Assembly (NCBI GenBank): GCA_964391975.1
Contig: CAYMNZ010000001.1
Span: 326,978-390,977 of the forward strand
DNA: 64,000 nt
Direction: 5' to 3'
From: an uncultured Candidatus Saccharibacteria bacterium
GTDB lineage: Bacteria; Patescibacteriota; Minisyncoccia; Phycocordibacterales; Phycocordibacteraceae
Shown: piece after piece, positions 20,966 to 29,945 of the stretch
How positions within the stretch are numbered: the stretch's first letter is position 1
Layout: every line of letters begins with the position of its first letter
The notes under the pieces: generated by a model
What the model saw: only the letters and a program-made list of their open reading frames with translations
The model's database searches: none
What the model was told of the DNA's origin: nothing
Translations under genes and position numbers: made by a program

Positions 20966-22269
20966 TTCGCACACGCATCCCGCCAAGCCCCACTGGGCGC
21001 TTTCATATCGGCACGGCTCGCACCGCGCTCTTTAACTACCTGTTCGCACGCAAGAACGGTGGCGAGTTTCTGTTTCGTATTGAAGACACCGACCGTGCTC
21101 GAAGTCTGCCTGAACACGAAGCGGAGATTATCGAAGGAATGAAGTGGCTAGGCCTTGAGCACGACGGGGCAATCGTTCGACAAAGCGAGCGTGTTGAACG
21201 TCACACTGATTTGCTGCATAAGCTCGTGAAGGAAGACAAGGCGTACCTTTCCAAAGAGGCGAGTGCAAAAGAAGAAGGGAAGGAGGTGGAGGTGGTGCGA
21301 CTTCGAAACCCAGGACGCTCCATTACGTTCCGCGATGAGATACGCGGGAATATTACGTTTGATACCGCCGAGCTTTCCGACTTTGTTATCGGGCGTTCTA
21401 TTGATGACCCTCTCTATCACTTCGCAGTGGTGGTGGACGACAGTGACATGGGCATCACGCATGTCATTCGTGGAGAGGACCACATCTCCAACACTCCTCG
21501 ACAGATTTTGATTCAAGAGGCGCTTGGTCTTGAGCGCCCTATCTATGCGCATCTTCCGCTCATTCTTGCGCCCGATCGTTCAAAACTTTCCAAACGTCAT
21601 GGTGCCGTCTCGCTCTTTGAGTACAAGGAGCAGGGATTTATGCCTGAAGCCATCATCAACTATCTTGCGCTTCTTGGTTGGAATCCGGGAGATGACCGTG
21701 AAGACTTTACGCTTGAGCAACTGGTTGATTTGTTCGAATTTGGGAACGTCCAGAAGAATGGAGCCGTTTTTGACATGGTGAAGTTTCAGGACGTGAACCA
21801 GCGCTGGATGAGGAAACTCCCGGACGAAGAGTTTCTTGCTCGTGGAGGACTCACTGCCTCTGACCCCGAGCGCCTCCTCAAAGCGACCCATCTTTTCAAG
21901 GAGCGTGCCCACACGTTTGGAGAGGCTCGCGAGATGCTCTCGGGCGAGCTTTCCTGCCTTTTTGAAACCCCAACCATCGACCGGGCCCTCTTGGTGAACA
22001 AGGAGCCAGCAGAGGCCCCTGGGTCCACCAAAGGCCATCTAGAGGCCCTAAAAGGGCTTATAGAGGGCTTTGGAGAGGATATTGGAGCCGAGGAGGCCAA
22101 GGCTGCCCTCATGCCGTATGCAGACGAGAAGGGGAGAGGCATGGTCCTCTGGCCGCTGCGCTACGCACTCTCGGGCGCTGAGCGTTCTCCTGACCCTTTC
22201 ACACTCATCAACGTTCTCGGCCCAAAAGAATCTCTCTTACGCATACAAGCCGCAGTTGATATACTCTAG
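20962..22269 (+). CDS. gltX: Glutamate--tRNA ligase
   Basis: RIPPSPTG.FHIGTART, RIEDTD, THVIRGEDH, KLSKR. Confidence 0.96.
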   Translation: MIRTRIPPSPTGRFHIGTARTALFNYLFARKNGGEFLFRIEDTDRARSLPEHEAEIIEGMKWLGLEHDGAIVRQSERVERHTDLLHKLVKEDKAYLSKEASAKEEGKEVEVVRLRNPGRSITFRDEIRGNITFDTAELSDFVIGRSIDDPLYHFAVVVDDSDMGITHVIRGEDHISNTPRQILIQEALGLERPIYAHLPLILAPDRSKLSKRHGAVSLFEYKEQGFMPEAIINYLALLGWNPGDDREDFTLEQLVDLFEFGNVQKNGAVFDMVKFQDVNQRWMRKLPDEEFLARGGLTASDPERLLKATHLFKERAHTFGEAREMLSGELSCLFETPTIDRALLVNKEPAEAPGSTKGHLEALKGLIEGFGEDIGAEEAKAALMPYADEKGRGMVLWPLRYALSGAERSPDPFTLINVLGPKESLLRIQAAVDIL

Positions 22270-22272
22270 GGG

Positions 22273-23604
22273 ATGAAACCCCGTTCTTTGGCGTACTGCC
22301 TCATTTTGTTTGCGCTTCTTGCGCTCCCCACGTTCGCGCTTGGCGATACTGCCTCAGACCTCAAAGCACAGATAGAAGACATCAACCGTCGTCGTGCGGC
22401 AATTGATGCTGAGATTGCTGGGTACCAGAAGGAACTCAACGTCCTTGGTGGACAGAAGCAGACGCTCCAGTCTGCCATCAAAACTCTTGATGTTTCGCGC
22501 AACCAGACCGCCTCGCAGATTCAATCAACGCAGAGCAAGATTTCAGCAGCAAACCTGAAGCTCCAAGAACTCGCACTCGAGATTGGTGACAAAGAAACAG
22601 TGATTGCCGTTGACCGTGCGACGGTGTCGGAGTCTATCCGCAACATTGCGCAGATGGATGACCTCTCGACGTTTGAATACCTTCTCTCTTCCACCGATCT
22701 TTCAGATGCATGGGAGGCCGTGGATACGGCAGCTTCTGTGAACGAAGCACTGCGCGTCCATGTGCAGGAGCTTTCTGCAACCAAGCGCGTCCTCACCAAT
22801 CAGCATGAGGAAGTGGGGACCACGAAGAAGAGTCTCTCGACGCTTTCGAGCGACCTCAGCAACCAGAAGAAAGCGCTCGACGTGAATCGTCAGAGCAAGC
22901 AACAACTCCTCTCGCAAACACAATCGAGCGAGGCGGCGTACCAGGAACTCATTGCGAAGAAGCGAGCAGAGCAGGCACTGTTCGAGTCTGAGCTTGATCG
23001 CCTTGAGCAGCAGTTGACTGGCAGTGTTGATAGTTCTGCCATTCCATCGGTGGGCTCCGGTGTGCTTACCTGGCCGTTCTCCTCAACCTTCATGGCCAAC
23101 TGTGTGTCTAAGAGCAGCGCACTTGGGAACGTTCACTGTCTCACGCAGTATTTCGGCAATACACCGTTTAGTACTGCGAACCCGCAGGTGTACAACGGGG
23201 CGGGGCACAACGGCGTGGACTTTGGTGTGCCTTCGGGAACTCCGGTCCAAGCTGCGCTCTCCGGCACCGTTCTTGATACCGGAAACACGGATGCGATTCC
23301 TGGCTGCTATTCCTTCGGTAAGTGGGCAGTCGTGAAGCATGCAAACGGAATCTCAACGCTGTATGCACACCTTTCCTCAATCAGTGTTTCAGCAGGGCAG
23401 TCAGTTGCCACCGGAGGATTGATTGGCTACTCCGGTATGACCGGCTACGCTACCGGCCCACACCTGCACTTCGCTGTGTATGCATCGTCTGGCTTGCAGA
23501 TTATGACGCTGTCGCAGTTCCGTGGAGCGACGAGCCCGTGTGCCAACGCAAAGATGCCAGTGGCGCCGAGGGAGGCGTACCTGAATCCGATGTCGTACCT
23601 CTAA
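22273..23604 (+). CDS. Secreted coiled-coil M23 peptidoglycan endopeptidase (EnvC/PcsB-like architecture)
   Basis: Signal peptide, long coiled coil, HNGVD, YAHL and GPHLHF motifs. Confidence 0.92.
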   Translation: MKPRSLAYCLILFALLALPTFALGDTASDLKAQIEDINRRRAAIDAEIAGYQKELNVLGGQKQTLQSAIKTLDVSRNQTASQIQSTQSKISAANLKLQELALEIGDKETVIAVDRATVSESIRNIAQMDDLSTFEYLLSSTDLSDAWEAVDTAASVNEALRVHVQELSATKRVLTNQHEEVGTTKKSLSTLSSDLSNQKKALDVNRQSKQQLLSQTQSSEAAYQELIAKKRAEQALFESELDRLEQQLTGSVDSSAIPSVGSGVLTWPFSSTFMANCVSKSSALGNVHCLTQYFGNTPFSTANPQVYNGAGHNGVDFGVPSGTPVQAALSGTVLDTGNTDAIPGCYSFGKWAVVKHANGISTLYAHLSSISVSAGQSVATGGLIGYSGMTGYATGPHLHFAVYASSGLQIMTLSQFRGATSPCANAKMPVAPREAYLNPMSYL

Positions 23605-23607
23605 ACT

Positions 23608-24087
23608 ATGAGAGAAGACCCACGAGCGAAGCCTCCTCAGGTATCTCCTGATTTCCCTGATTCCTTCCACCGAGTGACCGTGAAGGGGATTTATGTCCGT
23701 GATGGAAAAATACTCCTCACGCATGACTACGTGGACCCGGAAGACCCCGTATGGGAGTTGCCGGGTGGCGGTCTTGATTTCGGGGAATCTATTCCAGACG
23801 CACTGCGACGGGAGGTAAAAGAAGAAATGGGGCTGACGGTGACCAAAATGTACGATAGCCCGATATACGTCTGGACATCACGGCGCGAAAACTGGCGCGG
23901 TCTCGACTGGTATTACTCTCTGGTACTTGGATACCGTATAGAGATAGAAACGCTTGAGACGCTCGTACCAAGTGATGAGTGTCGTGAAATTAAGTTCTTT
24001 TCAAAGGAAGAACTCATGCAAGCAACCGACTTGAACGAGCAAATTAAAGAACTTGCTAAGATTTTTGATCCTAAAGATTTCGCATAG
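23608..24087 (+). CDS. NUDIX hydrolase
   Basis: Nudix box GGGLDFGESIPDALRREVKEEMG. Confidence 0.93.
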   Translation: MREDPRAKPPQVSPDFPDSFHRVTVKGIYVRDGKILLTHDYVDPEDPVWELPGGGLDFGESIPDALRREVKEEMGLTVTKMYDSPIYVWTSRRENWRGLDWYYSLVLGYRIEIETLETLVPSDECREIKFFSKEELMQATDLNEQIKELAKIFDPKDFA

Positions 24088-24128
24088 TCTCAGGTTGATT
24101 TTGTGTAAAGACGAGTTATCGTTTAGTC

Positions 24129-24782
24129 GTGAGCCACGCATTCTCAATTGAGGGTTCGAACGCCGACACAGAAAGAGGTCACGAATCGGTCCCCGTTGCA
24201 TTCGCAGAGATTTCCCTAGCAGAAGTTCCTGACGCGGTGGGCAAGCAGTGGAAGGGAAACGAGGTATTTCTCCCCCAAGGATATGGAGAGGAGTGGAGAG
24301 ATGCATTTACACGCGCGTTCGTACTTGCTCCTGATGCAGCACGACCTCAAGAAAAGGTGTACGTACTCATCAATAAATCCACAAACCCGGACGCCGGAGA
24401 GTATGTTTCGTTTGCCACTTTTGAAGGTGATGAATTTTCCAATCAAGCTCTTCTTGCATTTAATGCTCTGAACCGACCGAAAGATTCGGAATTGCCACGC
24501 CTCTACGAGAATCTACCGGTTGCGATGATTATGGGCACTACAGCCGAGCACAAGAAAGGTATCGGTTCGCATGTCTTGGAGCTTATGAATGCTTTTTCAA
24601 AGCAGCAATACGGAGTGCTCATGCATTCCGACCTTGAGCGCTATCACCTTACCAATGGTGCTGGCGTCATGCCGGGATGGCGTATGTGGGAGAGTCTGGA
24701 ACGTAAGGGTATTGTGAAAAAATACCAAACACCACTCGGGGACCGTTTTGTGTTCGAAGAGGAAAAAGAAGTTATATTTTAG
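24129..24782 (+). CDS. Hypothetical protein with possible GNAT-like C-terminal half
   Basis: HKKGIG resembles the acetyl-CoA-binding motif; GTG start uncertain. Confidence 0.6.
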   Translation: MSHAFSIEGSNADTERGHESVPVAFAEISLAEVPDAVGKQWKGNEVFLPQGYGEEWRDAFTRAFVLAPDAARPQEKVYVLINKSTNPDAGEYVSFATFEGDEFSNQALLAFNALNRPKDSELPRLYENLPVAMIMGTTAEHKKGIGSHVLELMNAFSKQQYGVLMHSDLERYHLTNGAGVMPGWRMWESLERKGIVKKYQTPLGDRFVFEEEKEVIF

Positions 24783-25401
24783 CGTCTCGACTCCTCCACA
24801 GCACTCGACACGCAAGTGTCCTGTACGGCGCCCAACGTTCTGCCATCCGCTCAAGTTTCTTTGAAGGCGTTCCTCGCTTGAGGCTATAGAGCGTTTCCAT
24901 ACTCCGTACGAGCCCCAAGTCTCTCGAAGAGAAGATGTCGGGATGCCCGGCGGCAAACATGAGGAACATCTCGCAGGTCCAGGGTCCAATGCCCCAAACT
25001 TCAGTAAGTTTTTCTGTTGCTTCCTCTTTGGTTGCCTTGGAGAGGGAAGAGAGGTTGAGTCCTTTCTGTACGGCCTTCGCAAGTTCCTTGAGTGTCTTTG
25101 CTTTAGCGCCAGAGAGTCCTGCCTTACGTAAGCGGGGAAGTGAGGTCTTTTGAATCGTCTCTGGAGTGACTTTTCCGCCACAGATCTTTCGCACCTTCTC
25201 CCAGATGCTGTCGGCTGCTTTGGTTGCTAGCTGCTGACTCACCACTGAGCTTGCGAGTGCAGAAAAGAGCGTTGCATTTCCTTTACGACGTTTTGTCTTC
25301 TCGGCAAGACCAGACGCATGGGGAAGTGCGGCCTGGTACAGGATGGGATCCCTTGACTTCCAGTGTTCGAGTGCTGCTTTTACCTGTGCGTCCATCGCCA
25401 T
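24772..25401 (-). CDS. DNA-3-methyladenine glycosylase II (AlkA/HhH-GPD family)
   Basis: VVSQQLA, HhH motif WGIGPWT, catalytic DLG, WAPYRT. Confidence 0.92.
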   Translation of the reverse strand: MAMDAQVKAALEHWKSRDPILYQAALPHASGLAEKTKRRKGNATLFSALASSVVSQQLATKAADSIWEKVRKICGGKVTPETIQKTSLPRLRKAGLSGAKAKTLKELAKAVQKGLNLSSLSKATKEEATEKLTEVWGIGPWTCEMFLMFAAGHPDIFSSRDLGLVRSMETLYSLKRGTPSKKLERMAERWAPYRTLACRVLWRSRDAKI

Positions 25402-25455
25402 ACGCTATACCCATAGCCCGCTTCACGCCACTTTTCGGGCGTATATACTACCCTC

Positions 25456-25653
25456 ATGGTACGTCTCATCATCTGGATTGTTATCGGCCTTCTCGCACTC
25501 TCCTTCTTCGGAATTTCGCTACGCGGACTCGTTGAAAACCCTACCAACCAGGACAACCTCTCCTTTGTGTTCGCCATGGTCGACTCCGGCTGGAGCATGA
25601 TTAAAATGTGGCTTCTTGATATGTGGGATATCGTACGCGGTGTTTTTGACTAA
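25456..25653 (+). CDS. Small membrane protein
   Basis: Hydrophobic N-terminal helix; TATACT 6 nt before ATG. Confidence 0.7.
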   Translation: MVRLIIWIVIGLLALSFFGISLRGLVENPTNQDNLSFVFAMVDSGWSMIKMWLLDMWDIVRGVFD

Positions 25654-25656
25654 GTC

Positions 25657-25908
25657 ATGGAAGAGAAAAAGAAAGTCACCATCACCATCCCCTCGGACGC
25701 TCGTCCCGGCTTCTCAAACGTCGCTCAAGTCTATGTCTCAGACGACTCTGTGGTCATGCAGTTTGCCTACGTGAGGCCAAACGCGGGCACTGGGCAGCTC
25801 ATAGGGGAAGTCGTGCTGTCGCCTAAGCACGCCATAGAGTTCAATCGGGCCCTGGATCAGACCATTAAGCAACACTTCACTCGCCATCTTGAGGAGAAGG
25901 GTTCATGA
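25657..25908 (+). CDS. DUF3467-like small protein
   Basis: G-F-S-N...F...VVLSPKHA pattern resembles DUF3467. Confidence 0.7.
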   Translation: MEEKKKVTITIPSDARPGFSNVAQVYVSDDSVVMQFAYVRPNAGTGQLIGEVVLSPKHAIEFNRALDQTIKQHFTRHLEEKGS

Positions 25909-25990
25909 ACTCCTTCATTTGAATTTCACCCTCTTAAGGGTACGGTTCGCCTGGGAGCACATAGATATAAGCCGAAATTCACGAAACGAT

Positions 25991-26224
25991 ATGAAGACTC
26001 TAATTCTTGGCGCGTTGGCGCTTGCGGCGGCGGCCCTTCCGGCAGCTTCCTTTGCGCAGATGTATGCCTACGTAAATACGAGCGGTGAAGTGATGTCCAT
26101 AGACTCAGCGACTCCGGAAACGGCAATCGCAACGGCTCCAGGCATCGCTACTCACAGCGGTGTTATCAGGCTTGACGATACCTCTGATACCGAATTGCTC
26201 GGTGATGATGTGTCGGGTGTGTAG
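25991..26224 (+). CDS. Small secreted protein
   Basis: Sec signal MKTLILGALALAAAALPAASFA; start moved from 25889. Confidence 0.75.
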   Translation: MKTLILGALALAAAALPAASFAQMYAYVNTSGEVMSIDSATPETAIATAPGIATHSGVIRLDDTSDTELLGDDVSGV

Positions 26225-26247
26225 CAAGCAGACAACATAGATTATTA

Positions 26248-26283
26248 AACGAGCTCTCGAAGCCACACCTTCGAGAGCTCGTT
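26248..26283 (+). terminator. 15-bp perfect hairpin, probable terminator
   Basis: AACGAGCTCTCGAAG-ccacac-CTTCGAGAGCTCGTT; T-tract weak. Confidence 0.6.
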
Positions 26284-26299
26284 ATATACTTGAAACAGC

Positions 26300-27358
26300 A
26301 TGAAATATTTCCTCCTAGCTTTGATTGCGTTTCTCCTCCTACCGTCAGGCACGTTCGCAGCTACCAATCCTTCCTGCGAGATTATCACCGTGACTATGCG
26401 TGGCGTAGTGTATTCAGAGAAAGAGCCGGAGGTGATGGTGAGAGAAGGAGAAGTCGTTGGCTTCCTTTGGTTCAGCGAGGACGCAACCTCAGCCCGTGAC
26501 GCTGAAGGGAATCAAAGCACACTTGCAGGCGCTAAGGTTCTGAGGATTGATGGCGACACCTCTTTTTCATACGAGTTCTTAAACAGCACTGATGAGACCA
26601 CCTGTTCCGTGGGGTTCCATGTCGTTGAGGGCCAAATCTCGGCAAGCTCGCTTGTCACAGAGGATGAGCGCCCGACTATCAAAGGAACAGCGGATGGAAC
26701 CAGTACCGTAAAGTTCTCCATTGAGGACAGCGACGGTAAACGGATCTATCTCTCCAAGGAGCTCAAGGTCAGCAACGGCAAATGGAGCGAGCGCATCTCG
26801 AAGGAACTGCCGGACGGGAACTATCTCGTGACGCTCTACGGCGACAAAGACTACGAACTCAACTCCATCACGACCGGCATGCTCGCACTTGGTCCTGAAC
26901 CTGAGAAAGGCAAGGGCTCAATCACCGTATCGCAGTTTTCGCTTCTTACCGGCGGAACTGCTGCTGCGGGGACCTTAATACCAATTGAATACCTCAAGGT
27001 GGTCAACACAAGCCAGGTTCCAGTGAAGCTCGAGGGCTTTACCCTTAAGGAAACAGGTTCTGCACCAGACGACCTAGTCATAGGATTCACCACGAACGAC
27101 GATAAGGGTGGATCGCGTTCAACGATTGGAGGCACGGAAGGTACGGAGTTGTTCAAGAATAGCCAAGCCTTCGTCCCGCTTATAGCGACCATTGAACCGT
27201 CTCAAATTCGCGTCTTTACGATTAAGGCAATCTTGAGCCGAATGAGTGGGAGCGCCGGAGGAAAACAGCTCCTCATAGATACCATCGATGTAGACGCCGA
27301 TGGGGCCGTGAAAGCGACGTACCCAATACGAGGTGTGACCTGGACGCTTGCGTATTAA
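26300..27358 (+). CDS. Secreted beta-rich protein with a bacterial Ig-like domain
   Basis: Signal peptide; PTIKGTA...NGKWS...LPDGNYLVTL Big-domain pattern. Confidence 0.75.
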   Translation: MKYFLLALIAFLLLPSGTFAATNPSCEIITVTMRGVVYSEKEPEVMVREGEVVGFLWFSEDATSARDAEGNQSTLAGAKVLRIDGDTSFSYEFLNSTDETTCSVGFHVVEGQISASSLVTEDERPTIKGTADGTSTVKFSIEDSDGKRIYLSKELKVSNGKWSERISKELPDGNYLVTLYGDKDYELNSITTGMLALGPEPEKGKGSITVSQFSLLTGGTAAAGTLIPIEYLKVVNTSQVPVKLEGFTLKETGSAPDDLVIGFTTNDDKGGSRSTIGGTEGTELFKNSQAFVPLIATIEPSQIRVFTIKAILSRMSGSAGGKQLLIDTIDVDADGAVKATYPIRGVTWTLAY

Positions 27359-27364
27359 ATAAAT

Positions 27365-27616
27365 ATGCCAGACGAAGGATATAAACTACCGTCGAGTTCT
27401 GATTCTGAGCCGCAGCTTCCAGCAGAACACCAAACGAGATTCGACCGCCTTATGAGCGTAGACCCGAGCCTTTGGCCAGAATCCCTACTCGATTTCATTG
27501 CTGACGAGACCGATATCGACGCAGCCGATATCGATTCCGCACCTGAGAAGCTTAAGGGTCCAGTAGCAGAGTGGCTCAAGCAACCACAAAGCTTAGATGT
27601 TGTTGATTCGATGTAA
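27365..27616 (+). CDS. Small acidic hypothetical protein
   Basis: 83-aa ORF 6 nt after the previous stop, followed by a terminator. Confidence 0.6.
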   Translation: MPDEGYKLPSSSDSEPQLPAEHQTRFDRLMSVDPSLWPESLLDFIADETDIDAADIDSAPEKLKGPVAEWLKQPQSLDVVDSM

Positions 27617-27620
27617 CTCT

Positions 27621-27654
27621 AAGCAAAAAGCCCCCAATTGGGGGCTTTTTGCTT
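27621..27654. terminator. Bidirectional terminator (perfect 34-bp palindrome)
   Basis: AAGCAAAAAGCCCCCAATTGGGGGCTTTTTGCTT between converging ORFs. Confidence 0.88.
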
Positions 27655-27666
27655 TTGAGCTTTGGC

Positions 27667-27762
27667 TTACGCCGCTGGCTCTGCCGCAGGGGCCTCAGCC
27701 GGTGCAGTAGCCTCAGTAGGCTCATCTGCTACCGGTGCTGCCGGAGTGTTTGTCTCGTCCAT
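27667..27762 (-). CDS. 31-aa Ala/Pro/Glu-rich small protein (not in ORF track)
   Basis: MDETNTPAAPVADEPTEATAPAEAPAAEPAA*; ends 12 nt before the bidirectional terminator. Confidence 0.6.
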   Translation of the reverse strand: MDETNTPAAPVADEPTEATAPAEAPAAEPAA

Positions 27763-28048
27763 AGTATCCAGGAGTTATCTGCTAAAGAACGCAGTGTGGC
27801 ACGGATAGTGGAGTAGCGCCACCCCTAGCAATACGCAGCAATCTCGGTCATCCAAGGAGCGGGGAAGTCGCCAAAAGAGGCTTATAGTGGGCCATTTTTT
27901 ATCTCGGCATGTAAACCAGGGAATACCGACAGAAAGTTCCCGTTGGAATGCCACAGGAATGTTTCTTAAGAGGGCGTATACGGGGCAAAAGAAGCCAATA
28001 TAAGGGTAGGAGAGCCAAGACAGGTCCCGCCCTTATCTGCCCAGGCGT

Positions 28049-28076
28049 ACTACGCAAAAGATATATTGTGCGAAGC
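28049..28076. other. Putative dif site (Xer chromosome-dimer resolution site)
   Basis: ACTACGCAAAA-GATATA-TTGTGCGAAGC: 11-6-11 layout, arms 8/11 inverted-repeat matched, in the only long intergenic gap at the gene-orientation switch. Confidence 0.72.
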
Positions 28077-28329
28077 TTAGAATGAAGAAGCTCGGCTATC
28101 CGATACGCCTCATAAGAACACACGAACCTCTTCTTCCCTCGCGAGCTTCGACGAATTTTTTTGCATCTACATATTCGTATGACTTTTGTACACAAACAAC
28201 ACAACAACGACTAAGAAGAGGAGGGATGCCCTGCCCCAGAGGGGGAGCTTGGGGAATTTTGAAGACTTAGGGAGATTTTAGAGGTGAGCAGAGATAGCTG
28301 ACTTCCCTACTCTGATTCATCAGCTTGGC

Positions 28330-28569
28330 TCATGCCTCTTCAACAACGTCATACTCCCCCTTGATGAACTTGTACGGACCAGTGGTGTTAGGCATCTTCA
28401 CAAAGATGCTCTTATGCTCGTATGAAATTACTTCTCCTGCCATGCCTACGATGTGGTGCTTCCGGGCGAACTCGGAATCTTTTGCACGCACCGTCTTCCC
28501 TACCAGGTCCTTGAGCTCCCCATTCTCTTCGCTTGTCCGGAAATCTGGAGTTGGGATTGGCTCGGGCAT
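28330..28569 (-). CDS. Small hypothetical protein (possible SH3/KOW-like barrel)
   Basis: VGKTVR...GMAGEVI...IFVKM beta-strand pattern; 10 nt downstream of the LOG gene. Confidence 0.6.
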   Translation of the reverse strand: MPEPIPTPDFRTSEENGELKDLVGKTVRAKDSEFARKHHIVGMAGEVISYEHKSIFVKMPNTTGPYKFIKGEYDVVEEA

Positions 28570-28579
28570 AGGTAAAAGT

Positions 28580-29365
28580 CTAGCACTTCACGTTCTCAAT
28601 GATGTAATCAAAGGCCTCGTCAACGGTATCCACCAGCTTATAGAGTTTGAGGTCGCTCTCATCAATAGCAGCATACTGGGCAAAGAACCGCTTTTCAAAG
28701 GACTCAATAATCGGAGTCCAGTATTCCTTTCCGTAGAGCACGATAGGAATCGGCTGAATTTTCTTGGTCTGGACAAGTGTCGCAATTTCAAAGAACTCAT
28801 CCATGGTGCCGTATCCTCCCGGGAAGTAGATGTAGACCTCAGAGGCAAACGCGAGCATGGTCTTGCGAACGAAGAAGTGGTCGAACGTTATTGAGTCCGT
28901 AAGGTAGCCGTTTAATGCCTGGTTGTCGGAGAGACGAATGTTAAGACCAACTGATGCACCTCCTGCCTCAAAGGCTCCTTTGTTTGCCGCCTCCATGATG
29001 CCGCTAGAGCCTCCGGTGATGATGGCGAATCCGCGCTTCGCAAGCCGTCCTGCGAGCTCCGTGGCTGCCTTTGAAATCTCCTCACCGAAGCCCGCGCGTG
29101 CGCTTCCGAAGAAGCTTGCTGCAAGTCCATACTTTGAGAGAAGCTCAAAGCCCTCCACGAATTCGGACATAATCTTAAAGATGCGCCATGACTCAAGCTG
29201 CTTCGGCTTACAGACCAGCGGCTTGAACTCAGCAGGCACTTCAGGTTTTCCCTGCTGGATAGCGTCCACCAGCGTGTCCTTCATCCGTTCGTGATGCTCT
29301 TCCCTATTCACCACAGGGTCCGTCACTGAAGGAACAGTGTGTGAATCAGTTACTTTGTCATCCAT
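28580..29365 (-). CDS. LOG family (TIGR00730-type) nucleotide-binding protein
   Basis: FGSAR, TGGSSGIMEAANKGA, FFVRK and PGGYGTMDE motifs. Confidence 0.92.
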   Translation of the reverse strand: MDDKVTDSHTVPSVTDPVVNREEHHERMKDTLVDAIQQGKPEVPAEFKPLVCKPKQLESWRIFKIMSEFVEGFELLSKYGLAASFFGSARAGFGEEISKAATELAGRLAKRGFAIITGGSSGIMEAANKGAFEAGGASVGLNIRLSDNQALNGYLTDSITFDHFFVRKTMLAFASEVYIYFPGGYGTMDEFFEIATLVQTKKIQPIPIVLYGKEYWTPIIESFEKRFFAQYAAIDESDLKLYKLVDTVDEAFDYIIENVKC

Positions 29366-29943
29366 GGTATGTCGTACGTATCAAAATCGGGTAACAGTTT
29401 CTTATTATACGCTATCCGAGCGATGACTTCTGCATGGCAATACGCTCCAGTGAGCGCATTGTGGGGTTTCGGTTCTGCTGGGAGGCCACAGTACGCAAGA
29501 GCGTACGTCATATCGATAGCTGAGTGGTTGTTCTTGAGCGGAGGCTCCTTCCCATTCACTCGCATATGGGTCCACACGAGCGTGTGTACGTCGATGGTTC
29601 GCTTGGCAAACGGAAACTCCATGTGTGCCCGCTCGCAGGCAGCCCGAAGAATATCGTGGTCAAAGGAAACGTTCTGCGCAGCCACCGTGCGCTCCTCTAT
29701 ATCCATAGCCCAGGCGATGAACCCCGCGACAAGCTCCGCCTCGGTCTTTTTCTCGGGGTCAGTAGCCTCATCCCTCGAGAACCCATTCACTGCAAGCGCC
29801 TCGTCTTCAATGTGTGCACCATCCCACGCACGGCATTCGTCGTAGAACTGATTAGTTGGATTGTCTAAATCCAATGCTCCGATTGAAAGAATGGAGTTCT
29901 TGCGTGGTTCGACGCCTGTGGCTTCTACATCGAGGACAATCAT
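29350..29943 (-). CDS. DEDDh 3'-5' exonuclease (DnaQ-like)
   Basis: LDVEATG, QNVSFD, HNALTGA (last catalytic Asp appears as Gly). Confidence 0.85.
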   Translation of the reverse strand: MIVLDVEATGVEPRKNSILSIGALDLDNPTNQFYDECRAWDGAHIEDEALAVNGFSRDEATDPEKKTEAELVAGFIAWAMDIEERTVAAQNVSFDHDILRAACERAHMEFPFAKRTIDVHTLVWTHMRVNGKEPPLKNNHSAIDMTYALAYCGLPAEPKPHNALTGAYCHAEVIARIAYNKKLLPDFDTYDIPWMTK

Positions 29944-29945
29944 GA

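Noticed and set aside
27899-28270. ORFs of 102 aa (-) and 62 aa (+) in the terminus gap
   Set aside because: Non-protein-like composition; the longer one overlaps the dif candidate; the gap is better read as non-coding
27763-28329. Gap as oriC or as a known ncRNA (tmRNA, RNase P, SRP)
   Set aside because: No DnaA-box cluster, genes converge rather than diverge, and none of the hallmark ncRNA motifs are recognisable
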